From the human T2T-CHM13v2.0 reference genome, Homo sapiens, in NCBI RefSeq assembly GCF_009914755.1, contig NC_060947.1: a DNA stretch of 64,000 nt. One strand, 5' to 3'. Below, piece by piece: positions 45,410 to 62,259 of the stretch. A model generated the notes under the pieces. It was not told the DNA's origin, did not search any database, and saw nothing but the letters and a program-made list of their open reading frames with translations. The translations under genes and the position numbers were made by a program. Numbering within the stretch: position 1 is the first letter of the stretch; each line of letters opens with the position of its first letter.

Positions 45410-46000
45410 CCTAAAACGTAAATCAGATTACATCAATGCCCCCCCATTTCCTGTCTACAGCTATCCATTGGCTTCTTATGGACCTAGAATAAAATCCACA
45501 GTCCTTGCAATGACTGCCACAGCCCCATTATAATCTGGCTGCTATTGACCTCTTAAAACTTACCTTTCTTCCTCCTGTTTCCTACTTTGCTCTTGCTCTA
45601 CTGTCCTTTTTTATATTTATTAAATAAGTTCAATCTCATTCCCACATTAAGACATTTGCAGTAGCTGAGCACTCTCTCTAGAAAGCTCTTCTCTGAGATC
45701 TTCACGTGGCTGGCTCCTTATGTTCAGATCCAGCTCCAGCACCACTTTATCAGAGATTCCTTTCCTGACAAGAAATAAGATGCCCCTGTCAGGTACAACA
45801 TTATCCCCTTCCCTTATTTTACTATCTGCCCAACATTAATTACTCTGTGATATTTATTTGTTTGTATGTTGGTCTCCTGCTTTCAGAATGTAAGCTTTGT
45901 GAGATCAACGGCTTCACCTGCCCTTTTTAGCACTGTATCTCTAAGGGCCCAGAAGAGTGCCTGGCAAGCCCAGTGGATACTCAGTAATGCTTGCCAGTTG
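45410..46000 (+). mobile_element. L2 3' region
   Basis: tagaataaaatcca...gaatgtaagctttgtgag...cactgtatctc...agtgcctggca...actcagtaatg. Confidence 0.75.
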
Positions 46001-47463
46001 GGAAAAAAGGTATGAGTTTTGGAACTATAACCTTAGACACCAGACGAGTGGGTTCTTTGTTAGAGCTAGAATACATCACAAAGGTATCAGAATAAATATA
46101 CTTGTGTGGATTGAGTGTGCGAAAAGAGGAAAAAAATATGACCTGATAAACACATGAAACCAGTTACTAAAGGGACAAAAGAACATTTCCAAAACATAAA
46201 TAAATAAATAAGTAAAATAAAATTTAAAAAATTCATGTGAGAGGTACTAGGGGTTAACACGAAAAAAATCTGAGTGAATATAGGGCTTCCAATATGTAGA
46301 TGCCAACATATCACACAAAAATAACAAACAGGATGAACCTGAGTTTATACAAATAATGTGATGAAAATGGTCTCATATGTAGCATCAACTTTTAGTGGAA
46401 TGAGAATCTACAGTAGAATTCATGATAAAAGGTATTCTCTACGCACTTGATATTTTTGTGGCACTCACCAGGAGAGCATTCATGAAATGGTGAAATGAGA
46501 GAAGTGGTATTAATATGTACAGTTTCCAAGGGTGTGAAAAAATTCCTAATAATCAAATGCAAAAAAGATTTTAATGATGTGTAGGTAATTCTTCTCTCCC
46601 CAAACAAATCCAGCAGCACAATCCAGGAGTAATTGGTCCTTGATCAGGGCCAGGAGGCTGGCCGTGTTTACCACTTGGGGCAGGGGCATTCATAGCCCTT
46701 GGTTTCGGAGCAGTAAAGGAGAAAGGAATGAAGAAACAGTTGAGCAGAGAGAGCTAAAAGTGCAGATGAATAAGTTGGGGGTGGCACACAGTTCTTCCAA
46801 GATGGAAAAAATTGTTTCTATTGCCTGTTCCTGGGATTTGAGGAGCCCCAGCTTTCAGGTCACTTAAATGCAGTTAAGGAGAAATTTGGCTTGAGGAACA
46901 GTTAGGGAAAGCTCTTTACCTATGCTTGATATGTTTTTTTTTAAAAAAATAAGCTTAAAAAGGGGGAAAGAATAAAGAAAAGTACTGAATAACTATAATT
47001 TGTATGAATAATAGATAATGGGAAGATGGTTAAGTATAATTGAGGTGATTTTTAAAAAATATGGTAGATTTTTCTTCCACTTGCCTTTCTGAGTATAAGC
47101 CTTTTTTCTTAAGTGGCCTGAAGCATCCATTTTCCTGGAAGGAGGTAAAGATTTGTTGTAGAAGGAACGAACCAAGAATATATCACATTGCTTTTGGCGC
47201 AGTGAGCCAGTATCTTTATAAACCAAACTGATGGTTTAAAATGGGAACTTTTAAGTTCCTTACTCTCCTTTTTTAACCTTTAGGACTCAGTTAACATTTT
47301 TGCAGTGTAGAAAATATTTCCTGGATTAGCTGGAGTCTGGAAAATGTATATGACATAGGGGAAATAAGAGATAAAGAAAAGGTAAAAAGGACAAGGGCAC
47401 AGCAGTCAGACTTGTTTGTGTCCCAACTAGGAAGAGGAACACTGAGCATAAAGAGGGTCTCTT

Positions 47464-47771
47464 CCACCTATGAGTGAGTGAGAATATGCGGTGTTTGGTT
47501 TTTTGTTCTTGCGATAGTTTACTGAGAATGATGACAATGAGAACACATGGACACAGGAAGGGGAACATCACACTCTGGGGACTGTTGTGGGGTGGGAGGA
47601 GTGGGGGAGGGATAGCTTTAGGAGATATACCTAATGCTAAATGACGAGATAATGGGTGCAGCACACCAGCATGGCACATGTATACATATGTAACTAACCT
47701 GCACATTGTGCACATGTACCCTAAAACTTAAAGTATAATAATAATAAAATAAAAAATAAAAAAAATAAAAA
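47464..47771 (+). mobile_element. Young L1PA2/3 3' end with a 5' inversion
   Basis: Perfect 14-bp TSD aaagagggtctctt (47450-47463, 47772-47785); 47464-47533 antisense, 47534-47771 sense with A-tail. Confidence 0.95.
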
Positions 47772-48296
47772 AAAGAGGGTCTCTTGCCCTCACTTCCAAT
47801 GTGACACTCTAGTATGCGTTCAATTAGGGGCTATCTGCATCAAAACACACCTGGCCATGCAGTACGGTCAGGCAAATGAAGGCTCTGAGGTGTCTCCAAG
47901 CTTTCCTTGATTTGTAGGTGGCATGCACACTGAAGGGGCCTGCCGTGGGAACCATTATGGTAGAACAAGTTAATCCCACCACCACGGAGGTGGGAGCAAA
48001 CTACACTAGGCAATAGAGGCACAAAGAGGACATGAGAGAGACCTCAAGACTATGCACTCAGGGAAAGCTGAGTAATATTTAGCCAGCTGAACGTGCCAGG
48101 GAGGATTCTCAGGCTTTGAACAAGGCAAGAGAGATCCAGGTGCAGGCTATAGGTAGCCTTCAACATAAATGCCAGCAGAGCAAGCAGCTGCCGGAGTTAT
48201 CACCAAGGTGGACCAGAGATATCACCATGTGACAAGAGCAGAGGATTCTAATATTCTGCTCCTTGTATTAGGCACATGAAATCCCAGCACGTGCAA

Positions 48297-48297
48297 G

Positions 48298-48338
<41 letters not shown>
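48297..48338. repeat. (GC)4(AC)17 compound microsatellite
   Basis: Directly visible alternating purine-pyrimidine tract. Confidence 0.92.
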
Positions 48339-48339
<1 letters not shown>

Positions 48340-48354
48340 ATTTTACCCAGATAA

Positions 48355-48643
<289 letters not shown>

Positions 48644-49412
48644 CAGCTATCATTTTTAAAATAAGCTGAAGTGGAGATGTGAAAGAATGAGAAATCTGAG
48701 ATGATGGGATTTTTTTTTCTTAAAGGGACTGGGCATTAGTTGAAAATGACTCTTTAAATTATTATATTTCAATGAGGGTTAAGCAGAGAAGACTAAAACT
48801 TCTTTTCCCCACCAGAAAGTGGAGAGAGAGCTTTAGAGAAAGGCCAAGCTAGATACAGAGAAAATAAAAGAGTTGCATTTTCTCTGCACATGATTTGTTC
48901 TGTGAAATATTTTCGTGATTCTGCTACATGAATTGATAGCTGGAGTTTAGGAAACACTGCAATAAGGTTTAGCACAGACCAGCTGGCAGATGCAGATGAT
49001 GCCTTCCTGGCCCAGGTTCCAAAGCTTACCCAGAAATTAAATATATTTCAGATATAACCTTTCACTTTTCTGGAAAACAATTGGAAGTACAATTCAGCAA
49101 AGATCAGAATATCTGACAAGGTTTTGACTTGCTGTGCTAAGAAATTCGCCTCCAAAACAGATCTAGGTGCAGCTAGGGGACTTGCTACTATTCTGGACCT
49201 AATTCTGAACAAAATAGAGGGCTTGGGGAAATCCACAAACCATGAGAGAAAAACTCCATGTTCTCTCTGGCTCATTCAAGTCAAGAATAGAACACTAATA
49301 CTAATAATTAATACATCCATGACCAGCGTTTCCCAAAGACAGTTTTATGAAATATAAGCCCTAAGAGATGCTCCTTGCAAAAAGAGTTCTGCAGTCTCAA
49401 ATATGAAAGTGA

Positions 49413-49741
<329 letters not shown>

Positions 49742-49887
49742 TCATACTGTTTTCTCCTCTTGAAGATTCAAAATACACATGATGTACTTATATGTACTAA
49801 AGGCTCCAAGAACCTTACCTTCGTTTTTTTTTCCTTACCTTCATTTAACCTGATGTTTCCTAACTTATTTAGCTTCAGAATATTTTT

Positions 49888-51575
<1,688 letters not shown>

Positions 51576-52351
51576 TCAGAATATTTTTAAAGTATATAAA
51601 TAGCCATGGACATACAATGGAATGAAGTGTATTAATGATACACTTTGGGAAGTGCCATATTGTGATTCATTTTATTTCTGACAAAAAAAGACATGAGTAT
51701 AATTTCATGGTTTTAGAATCAGGAAAAAAAGTGACTCAAGAAGTTTGATAAAGCAGTGGCATCACTAAGCGATGAATGATAAATAGGTTTTACCTCTGCC
51801 CTTCTCTATCAGCCACTTCCCAAACCACCCTAAACACATCTGCAGTCTTGGTAAAAGCACTGAGATTGAAAATGCCCCTAGCAGTCCTCGACTTAAGCCC
51901 ATGTTATAGCAATTCTGATGCTACTATTGAACAGGCCAGTACTGTAATTATAAATAATCATAATAGCAGGGGTAAAGCAGAGGTATTAAAGAAAGCTGGT
52001 GTAGTTACAAAATTATCTCTCTGACGTTCTAAAATTAGAGTAGAGTATATTGAGCAAATGGCAGCCCTTATAAACATCAAGGCAGGCATTTTGTAACACA
52101 GTGCCTAGCATAAAGGACATCTCTAGTAAATATTAAATAAATGAACGACAGTGTAATGGCAAATACATTTATTGTGGTATTTGCCTAATAATGACACATA
52201 TTAATGACACATAAGCATAATGACACATACTTTCAAAGGTCTAGGTCCCATTGAGAGCAAATAATCTGGATCATCCTGGATGGAAACTGGGTAAGTCTTT
52301 CTTTTTCTTTCTTTAGAGGTAGCAGAGAGACATGGCTTAACAGGAGACTGA

Positions 52352-52669
<318 letters not shown>

Positions 52670-54202
52670 TGAAAGGTGAATCTTTTAGGAGTGGAAAGGA
52701 GAAAGGTGAGTTGGCAAAGTGGTTGAGACTTGTGCCCAAATCCCATGAAGCATCCTAGAGGTATTGGTGTATTGAAATGAGTATACCTGTGTGGATGACA
52801 CCAAAGACCATGTTAAATGCTAAGGGTCCTTCAGATCATTCTGACTTAGAGGAACTATAGCACCAGTAGCACCACATAGCTTTAAGAGCATTTAAGTTTA
52901 GGCATTTAAGTTTAGGCAACATCCTCAGCAGTGACTATGGAATGATTACCAGAAAGGCCTCTAATCTACTGCCCTGCGCTATTCAATCCTGGTGCAACCA
53001 AATGAGGAGAAAGACATGAATAAAAATAGAGATTCAATAAACTATTCACCATATTTGACAAGTGGAGGTCTTGGAGCCACATTTGATTTGATTTCAAAAA
53101 ACGAAACACAACAATTCTGTACATTAGGTGTTGTGGGAAAAATTTACATTTGATCCTGAGCATTTATTCATAATTAATTTCAGATAAAGCATATTATTTG
53201 CTGTCTGGTGTATATACCTTAAGACCTCACATTGTATACTGGCAGCTTCAAAATCTTCACCAAATTTATATAAAACCCCACTGTTAAACTTGCCTCTTGA
53301 AGTGTTGATCTGGTTTATGTAGTCACCTATGACAGTATAAATATTGCCATTGTCGTCCTATTCGGTTTGATAACTTTCTTTGAAAATTACACTAAATGTG
53401 ACCTTGATCTTCAAGTCTTAAAATTAATTTCAATTGAATGTAATCTAACTTGAAAATTTGAGAAATGTTTGTATCTTGCTCAGAATCTTTCAGGCAAGGG
53501 ATGAGGGTAGGGAACAGAAATTTACTTCTTTAGTGGATAGTATCTGTACCCATATTTAGGAACCACTGATACAAATTATCTGAAGAAACAACAGTTTTCT
53601 CTTTTAAGGGAGCATAATGCCTTCATGCAATTTGATATATATTATTGAATAATTCTATTCTACTTCTTAATTGTGCAGAAATACAGAGGTGACAGAGGAT
53701 ATACTTCTTTTACAATCTATTATTGAATACACTACATCCCCAGATTCTAAGATAAAAATCAGTGGGCAATTCCATACAAGAGAAATGACAGGGAATAGAA
53801 GAGCTTTCAAAAAACACGGAAACAGAAAGGACAGGTTGCCCCTGACAACAGTTCTCTCCCACAATCCCTCCCTCATTTGTAATGGCAATAGTGACCACAA
53901 GGAGACACTTCCTTCAGAAAAATTCCTTCACATTTGTAAAAACAGGTGTCTCTGGTAGGCACCTGGGTAGCTGATTGCAGGATTAACAATGAATAAAACA
54001 GCTCTGCATATAATCGAACTACCCTAGGTTCGGACATAGAAATAAATTAGACAAGGATTAAAATTATATTTTAGTTATCTTTGGGTGATTTAAATTTCTT
54101 TTATTTATTCATCTGTACTTTTCCTGTGTAAGCATATTTATTTTTATAATCAGAAAAAAATAAGAATAAAAGAAATATAAAAATCGTTCAAAATGTCAGT
54201 AT

Positions 54203-57200
54203 TAGACTTCACCTTCCAGCCCTGGTGAAATGACTGATTTCAGATTTGCCACCTAGCCATAAACAACTAGAAAACTGAAAGAAAAAGATGAAATATCAAA
54301 CAGCTGTTTCAGATATTAGATAATAGACAATAGAGGACTTTGACCCAGGGCATAAGATAAATAAACGTGGTGAGGTATACAATTGCCTCAACATTCTGTT
54401 CGGAGGTTGTATTAGTCCATTTTCATGCTGCTGATAAAGACATACTGGAGACTGGGAAATTTACAAAAGAAAGAGATTTAATGGACTTACAGTTCCACAT
54501 GGCTAAGGAGGCCTCACAATCATGGCAGAAGGCAAGGAGGAGCAAGTCACATCTTATGTGGATGGCGGCAGGCAAAAAGAGAGCTTGTGCAGGGAAACTC
54601 CTGTTTTTAAAACCATCAGATCTTGTGAGACTCATTTACTATCACAAGAACAGCGGAGGAAAGACCCAGCCCCATAATTTAATAATCTCTCACTTGGTTC
54701 CTCCCATGACAGATGGGAATTCTGGGAGTTACAATTCAAGATGAGATTTGGGTGGGGACACAGCCAAACCGTATCATTCTGCCCTTGGCCACTCCCAAAT
54801 CTCATGTCCTAACATTTCAAAACCAATCATGCCTTCTCAACAGTCCCCCAAAGTCTTAACTCGTTTCAGCATTAACTCAAAAGTCCACAGTCTAAAGTCT
54901 CATCTGAGACAAGGCAAGTTATTTCTGCCTGTGAGCCTGTAAAATCAAAAGCAAGTTAGTTACTTCCTAGATACAATGGGGGTACAGGCATTGGGTAAAT
55001 ACAGCCATTCCAAATGGGAGAAATTGGCCAAAACAAAGGGGCTAGAGGCCACATGCAAGTCTGAAATCCAGGAGGGCCGTCAAATTTTAAAGCTTCAAAA
55101 TCATTTCCTTTGACTCCATATCTCACATTCAGGATGCGCTGATGCAAAAAGTGGGCTTCCACAGCCTTTGGCAGATCTGCCCCTGTGGCTTTGCAGGGTA
55201 TATCCCCCCTCCTGGCTTCTTTCACGGGCTGGTGCTGAGTCTCTGTGGCTTTTCCAGGCACATGGTGCAAGCTGTCAGTGGACCTACCATTCTGGGGTCT
55301 GGAGGACGGTGACCCTCTTCTCACAGCTCCACTAGGCAGTGCCTGAGTAGGGATTCTGTGTGAGGGCTCCAACTCTACATTTGTCTTCTGCACTACCCTA
55401 GCAGAGGTTCTCTATGAGGACCCCGCCCCTGCAGCAAACTTCTCCCTGGGCATCCCGATGTTTCCATATATCCTCTGAAATCTTGGCGGAAGTTTCCAAA
55501 CCTCAATTATTGACTTCTGTGCACCTGCAGGCTCAACACCACATGGAAGCTGTCAAGGTTTGGGACTTCCACTCTCTGAAGAAACATCCTGAGCTGTACC
55601 GTGGCCCCTTTTAGTCACGGCTGGAGCAGCTGGGACACAGGCCACCAAATCCCTAGACTGCACAAGGGAGAGGGACCCTGGGCCAGGCCCACAAAATGAC
55701 TTCTTCCTCCTATACCTCTGGGTCTGTGATGGGAGAAGTTGTGGCAAAGGTCCTGACATGCCCTGGAGACATTTTCCCCATTGTTTTGGGGATTACCATT
55801 TGCCTCCTTGTTACTTATGCAAATTTCTGTAGCCTGCTTGAATTTCTTCTTAGGAAATGGGATTTTCTTTTCTATTGCATTGTCAGGCTGCAAATTTTCC
55901 AAAGTTTTATGCTCTGTTTCCCTTTTAAAACTGAATGCCTTTAACAGCACCCAAGTCACCTCTTGAATGCTTTGCTGCTTAGAAATTTCATCTGCCGGAT
56001 ACCCTGAATTGTCTCTCTCAAGTTCAAAGTTCCACAAATCACTAGGGCAGGGGCAAAATGCCACTAGTCTTTTTGCTAAAGCATAACAAGAGTCACCTTT
56101 GCTCCAGTTCCCAACAAGTTCCTCATCTCCATCTGAGATCACCTCAGCCTGGATTTCATTGTCCATATCATTATCAACATTTTGGTTAAAGCCATTCAAC
56201 AAGTCTCCAGGGAGTTGCAAACTTTCCCACATTTTCCTGTCTTCTGAGCCCTACAAACTGTTCCAGCCTCTGCCTGTTACCTGGCTCCAAAGTCACTTCC
56301 ATGTTTTCAGGTATCTTTTCAGCAATGTCCCACTCTTTTGGTACCAATTTACTGTATTCGTCCATTTTCATACTGCTGATAAATACATACCTGAGACTGG
56401 GCAATTTACAAGAGATTTATTTAATGGACATACAGTTCCACATGGCTGGGGAGGCCTCACAATCATGGTGGAAGGCAAGGAGGAGCAACTCACTCACATC
56501 TTATGTGGATGGTGGCAAGCACAAAGAGAGCTTGTGCAGGGAAACTCCTGTTTTTAAAACCATCAGATTTTGTGAGACTCATTCACTATCATGAGAACAG
56601 CGCAGGAAAGACCCATCCCCATAATTTAATCATCTCCCGCCAAGTTCCTCCCACGACATATGGGAATTCTGGGAGTTACAATTCAAGATGAGAATTGGGT
56701 GGGGACACAGCCAAATCATATCACAGGTACTTTCAGACTGTGGCACAGAATGGAAGACAAGAAGCAAAACATAACAATCTTTATCAGTTGGAAATACAGA
56801 TGTTAAAGTTTGAAGAAGCAGATGCATATGGAATTTGTGGGAAATGGTTCTGGAGACAAGATTGTTGAGCTACAGAGAGAATGAATTTGAGAAATCTTCA
56901 CAGAAGTTTTGCTGAGAATGTTGCTGAATACTAAAATGTGCATGTGTAAGCTGAAACGTCATGATGCTGGGTAAAGCACTTATGGAGAGCTGTAAACTGA
57001 ACTATTCCTACAGCATACAACAGGGCTGGAAGTCATTCAAATTCTAACCAGTCAAAGTGGAGATACTTTGTTGAAAAACTGGAGCATTCAGGCAACTTCT
57101 GGACAATCACATTTTAGTAGAGGTGAAACTAGACTTAAAGTAAAGGATACTTTAGATCCATCCTAACAAAATTGATGTGAAAGTTATTTAACTGTCTGAC

Positions 57201-58770
57201 AAAACTAAGTTCAACATTTCTTAAAGATACACAGTGGGATTCTGATATTTAACAATATAAAATGTTCAGTATTCAATCAAATATTCTTCACCATGCAAAG
57301 CAGTAAAAGAAGAAATACATAGCCAGGAGAGAAATCAGCCAATGGAAATGTTCAGAAATGACAAAAATTACTGTATTAAAAAACAATTTTAAATAATTAT
57401 TATATATATGTTCAAATATTTGAAGGAAGTCATGCACACTATGAAGAGGTAAATGGGAGGTTTAAGTTGGAAACAAAAAGAAGTTGTAGAGATGAAGAAT
57501 ACAGTATCTGAAACAAAATATTTAGAAGATGGGTTTAAAAGCAGTTTAGTTACTGCAGAATAAAAGACGAAGGTGCAACAATAGATGACTCTCCAAACTG
57601 CACTTGAGAAAGAAAAAGAACTTAAAAAATCAGAATCTTAGAAATCTGCAGGACAATATAAAGCAGGTTTAACATGTGTGTAATCATATTAAATGCACTT
57701 AGAGAAGACAGAAAATATATTTGAAGTTGATTTATTTTTCTTAATTTCATGAAAACTATAAAACCATAGACCCACAAAGTTTAACAAACATAAAAGACTA
57801 TAAACAATAACAGCAACAACAAAACACATCAAGATACATTGTAACAAAATAGTTGAAAACCAATGATAGAGAAAAATTATAAAGCAGCCAAAGGGGGGAA
57901 AATAATAGCTTTCATACAAAGGAAGGAAGGTAAAAATACATATTCACTTCTCATCAGAAACTATGCAAGCCAGTAGGTGATATGACATCTATAAATTACT
58001 GATAGAAAAGTGCAACCTAGAATTCAATATACAGAAAGAAACTCCTTTTAACATCAAGAGAAATAAGATTTCTCAGACAGACAAAACTGAATTTTTCCAG
58101 CAAATATGTATGTAATACTAAATATGTGAAAGAAAGTTCTTCAAGTGAGAACACAAGGATACCACAGAAAACCCTGGATCAACATAAAAAGATTAGAGCA
58201 GCAGAAATAATAAGTATGTGCAAAGATATTCAGAATTCTTTCCTCATTGAAAAAAGTTAAAGTTAAATTTATTTTAAAAATAATTGACTATAGCAAGTAA
58301 AAATAATAATATATCTTGGGATTTAACATATGTAGATTTAAAACGCATGACAAAAACAAGGGATTTGAGGAGATAACTGGAAGTACGCCATTGTAAGGAT
58401 CTTACATAACACTATATCTATATATGGCATACATATATATATGCTATAGTGCTATATGACTTTAAGATAGATGGGCATAAGTTAAATGGGGTATGTTTTA
58501 AACTCTACAGCAACCACTGAAAACACTGAACAAAAAGTATACCTAAAAAGTTAATATTGGACATGAAATACAAGAAAAAGGCAAGAATAAAGGAATGGAT
58601 GAACAAAGAATAGTTGAAACAAGTAGAAAACATATACTAAGATGGTAGAATTAAACTTAACCCTATCAAAAATCACACTGAAAGTGAATTGTCTAAACAC
58701 AAGTAAAAGGAAAACACTATTAGACTGCATATAAAAGCAAGACCCTACTATGAGCTATCTACAAAAATCC
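54203..58770 (+). mobile_element. Ancient L1M 5' region, ORF1 and ORF2 start, interrupted by THE1
   Basis: ORF1-like remnants (ttctcatcagaaactatgcaagccag ~57950, caacctagaattc ~58015); ORF2 start-like sequence at ~58640-58770. Confidence 0.65.
54408..56723 (-). mobile_element. Complete THE1 (THE1A/B-like) MaLR element: LTR-internal-LTR
   Basis: LTRs 54408-54776 and 56353-56723; 1.58-kb internal region with ORF remnants 55615-56232 and 54956-55393; TSD gaggt/caggt. Confidence 0.96.
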
Positions 58771-59029
58771 TACTGTGATGTCCTTAAAAACCTGCCTCTT
58801 AAATCTCTGAGTGCAGTAAACATAATTGAACAAAGTCCCCAGTTGCCATGCTGTAAAATTCATCATATTCATGCCACACTTTCCATGTGCTGCTCACAGC
58901 CTATGACTGAATGCAGCAAAAATACTAAGTTAGGCCCAGTATTGTTAGGCACATAAATCCTCTAATAGGCAACATTGACTCAAGAACTGTCCATTGCCTT
59001 TGCAGAAATGGCCAATATCTGAATAAATA

Positions 59030-59370
59030 TAAAAGAAATTGCCAATATGTGGGAAAATATAATATAATATTTTTCTCCTCTTAAATTTTTAAAAAATATT
59101 TATCACTGTTGAAAGCAAAAAATATTATGTAGTGGAGTTTTCAATGTATATAGATGCAGTAAATATGATGACTATAACTTAAAGGGGGAAGGTAAATAAA
59201 AATATGTGGTTGAAAGGCCTATATTTCACTGGAGGTTGGTAAATGTTAAGTTGACCGTGAATGGTTAAGTATGTATATTCTAATCCATTGAGCAAATACT
59301 AAATATTAACAATAATATGAAGAGGTATAGCCAAGAAGTCAATAGATAAATTAAATAGATATATATACAT
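59030..59370 (+). mobile_element. Second ancient L1M ORF1-ORF2 spacer-like fragment
   Basis: Loosely parallels 58210-58560 (aagcaaaaaatatt...gttaagtatgtatatt...gagcaaatactaaa). Confidence 0.45.
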
Positions 59371-59572
59371 ATACCAAAGGCCGGAGTGCCTCTTCTCCTG
59401 CAAATTATCACAACATCTCTACAGCAAGGGTACAGAACTGGATGTAGGATGAGATAAACCAATTGACAGAAGTAGCCTTCAAAAGATGGGTAATAAAAAA
59501 CTATGCTGAGCTAAAGGAGTATGTTCTAACCTAATGCAAAGAATATAAGAACCTTCATAAAAGGTTAGAGGA

Positions 59573-59893
<321 letters not shown>

Positions 59894-61916
59894 CTAGAAT
59901 AACCAGTTTAGAGAGGAACATAAATGACCTGATAGAGCTGAAAAACACAGCACAACAACTTCGTGAAGCATACACAAGTACAGATAGCCAAATCAACCAA
60001 GCAGAAGAAAGGGTATCAGAGGTTTGAGACCACCTTGCTGAAATAAGTCATAGAGACAAGACTAGAGAAAAAAGAATGAAAAGGAATGAACAAAGCCTCC
60101 AGGAAATATGGGACTTTGTAAAAAGACTGAACCTGCAATTGATTGGAGTACCTGAAGGAGATGGGGAGAAGAGAAACAAGCTGGAAAACACACTTTAGGA
60201 TATTATCCAGGAGAACTTCCCCAATCTAGCGAGACAGGCCAACATGCAAATTCAGGAAATACAGAGAACACCGCTAAGGTACTCCATGAGAAGATCAACC
60301 CCAAGATATATAAACATCAGATTTTCCAAGGTTGAAATGAAGGAAAAAATGTTAAGGGCAGCCAGAGAGAAAGGCCAGGTCACCTACAAAGGGAAGCCCA
60401 TCAGACTAACAGCAGACCTCTCAGAAGAAACTCTACAAGCCAGAAGAGATCAGGGGCCAATATTCAACATTCTTAAAGAAAAAAAAATTTCAACCCAGAA
60501 TTTCATATCCAGCCAAACTAAGCTTCATAAGCAAGAGGGAAATAAAATCCTTTCCAGACAAACAAATACTGAGGGATTTCATTACCAGCAGGACTGCCTT
60601 GCAAGAGCTCCTGAAAGAAGCACTAAATATGGAAAGAAAAAACCGGTACCAGTTACTGTAAATACACACCAAAATGTGAAGACCAATGACACTATGAAGA
60701 AACTGCATCAACTAGTGTGCAAAATATCCAGATAACATCAGGATGACAGGATCAAATTCACACATAATATTAGTAACCTTAAATGTAAATGGGCTAAATG
60801 CCCTAATTAAAAGACATAGAATGGCAAGCTGGATAAAGAGTCAAGACCCATTGGTGTGCTGTATGCAGAAGACTCATCTCACGTGCAAAGACACACATAG
60901 GCTCAAAGTAAAGGGATGGAGGAAAATTTACAAAGCAAATGGAAAGCTAAAAAAAAAAAACAAAAAGGATTTGCAATCCTAGTCTCTGTCAAAACAGACT
61001 TTAAACCAACAAAGATCAAAAAAGACAAAGAAGAGCATTATATAATGGTAAAGGGAACAATTCAACAAGAAGAGCTAACTATTCTCAGTATATATGCACC
61101 CAATACAGGAACACCCAGATTCATAAAAAAAAGTTCTTAAAGATCTACAAAGAGGTTTAGACTCCCACACAATAATAGTGGGATACTTCAACACCCCACT
61201 GTAAATATTAGACAGGTCAATGAGACAAAATTAACAAGGATATTCAGGACTTAAACTCAGCTCTGGATCAAGTGGACCTAATAGAAATCCTCAGAACTCT
61301 CTACCCCAAATCAACAGAATATACATTCTACTCAGTGCCACATGACACTTATTCTAAAATCAACCATATAATTGGAAGCCAAACATTCCTCAGCAAATGC
61401 AATAGAACTGAAATCATAGCAAACAGTCTCTCAAACCACAGTGCAATCAAATTAGAACTCAGGATTAGGAAACTCACTCAAAACCACAAAATTACATAGA
61501 AATTGAACAACCTGCTCCTGAATGACTACTGGATAAACAATGAAATTAAGGCAGAAATCAAGAAGTTCTTTGAAACCAATGAGAACAAAGAGACAATGTA
61601 CTAGAATCTCTGGGACACAGCTAAAGCAATATTGAGAGGGAAATTTATAGCACTAAATGCCCTCATCAGAAATCTAGAAAGACCTCAAATTGACACCCTA
61701 ACATCACAATTAAAAGAGCAGGAGAGGCAAGAGCAAACTAATCCAAATGCTAGCATAAGACAAGAAATTTCTAAGATCACAACAGAATTGAAGGAGATAG
61801 AGACACAAAAATCCCTCCAAAAAAAATCAATCCAGGAGCCGTTTTTTTTTTAAATGAACAAAATTGATGGCTAGTTAGACTAATAAAGAAGAAAAGAGAT
61901 AAGAATCAAATAGACA

Positions 61917-62259
<343 letters not shown>

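Noticed and set aside
53671-53958. 95-aa ORF following a pyrimidine tract and CAG
   Set aside because: No recognisable protein similarity, non-ATG start, weak donor
54956-56232. 145-aa and 205-aa ORFs
   Set aside because: Broken remnants of the THE1 internal ORF
58773-59005. Possible old LTR fragment between L1M pieces
   Set aside because: Only vague resemblance; family and ends not definable
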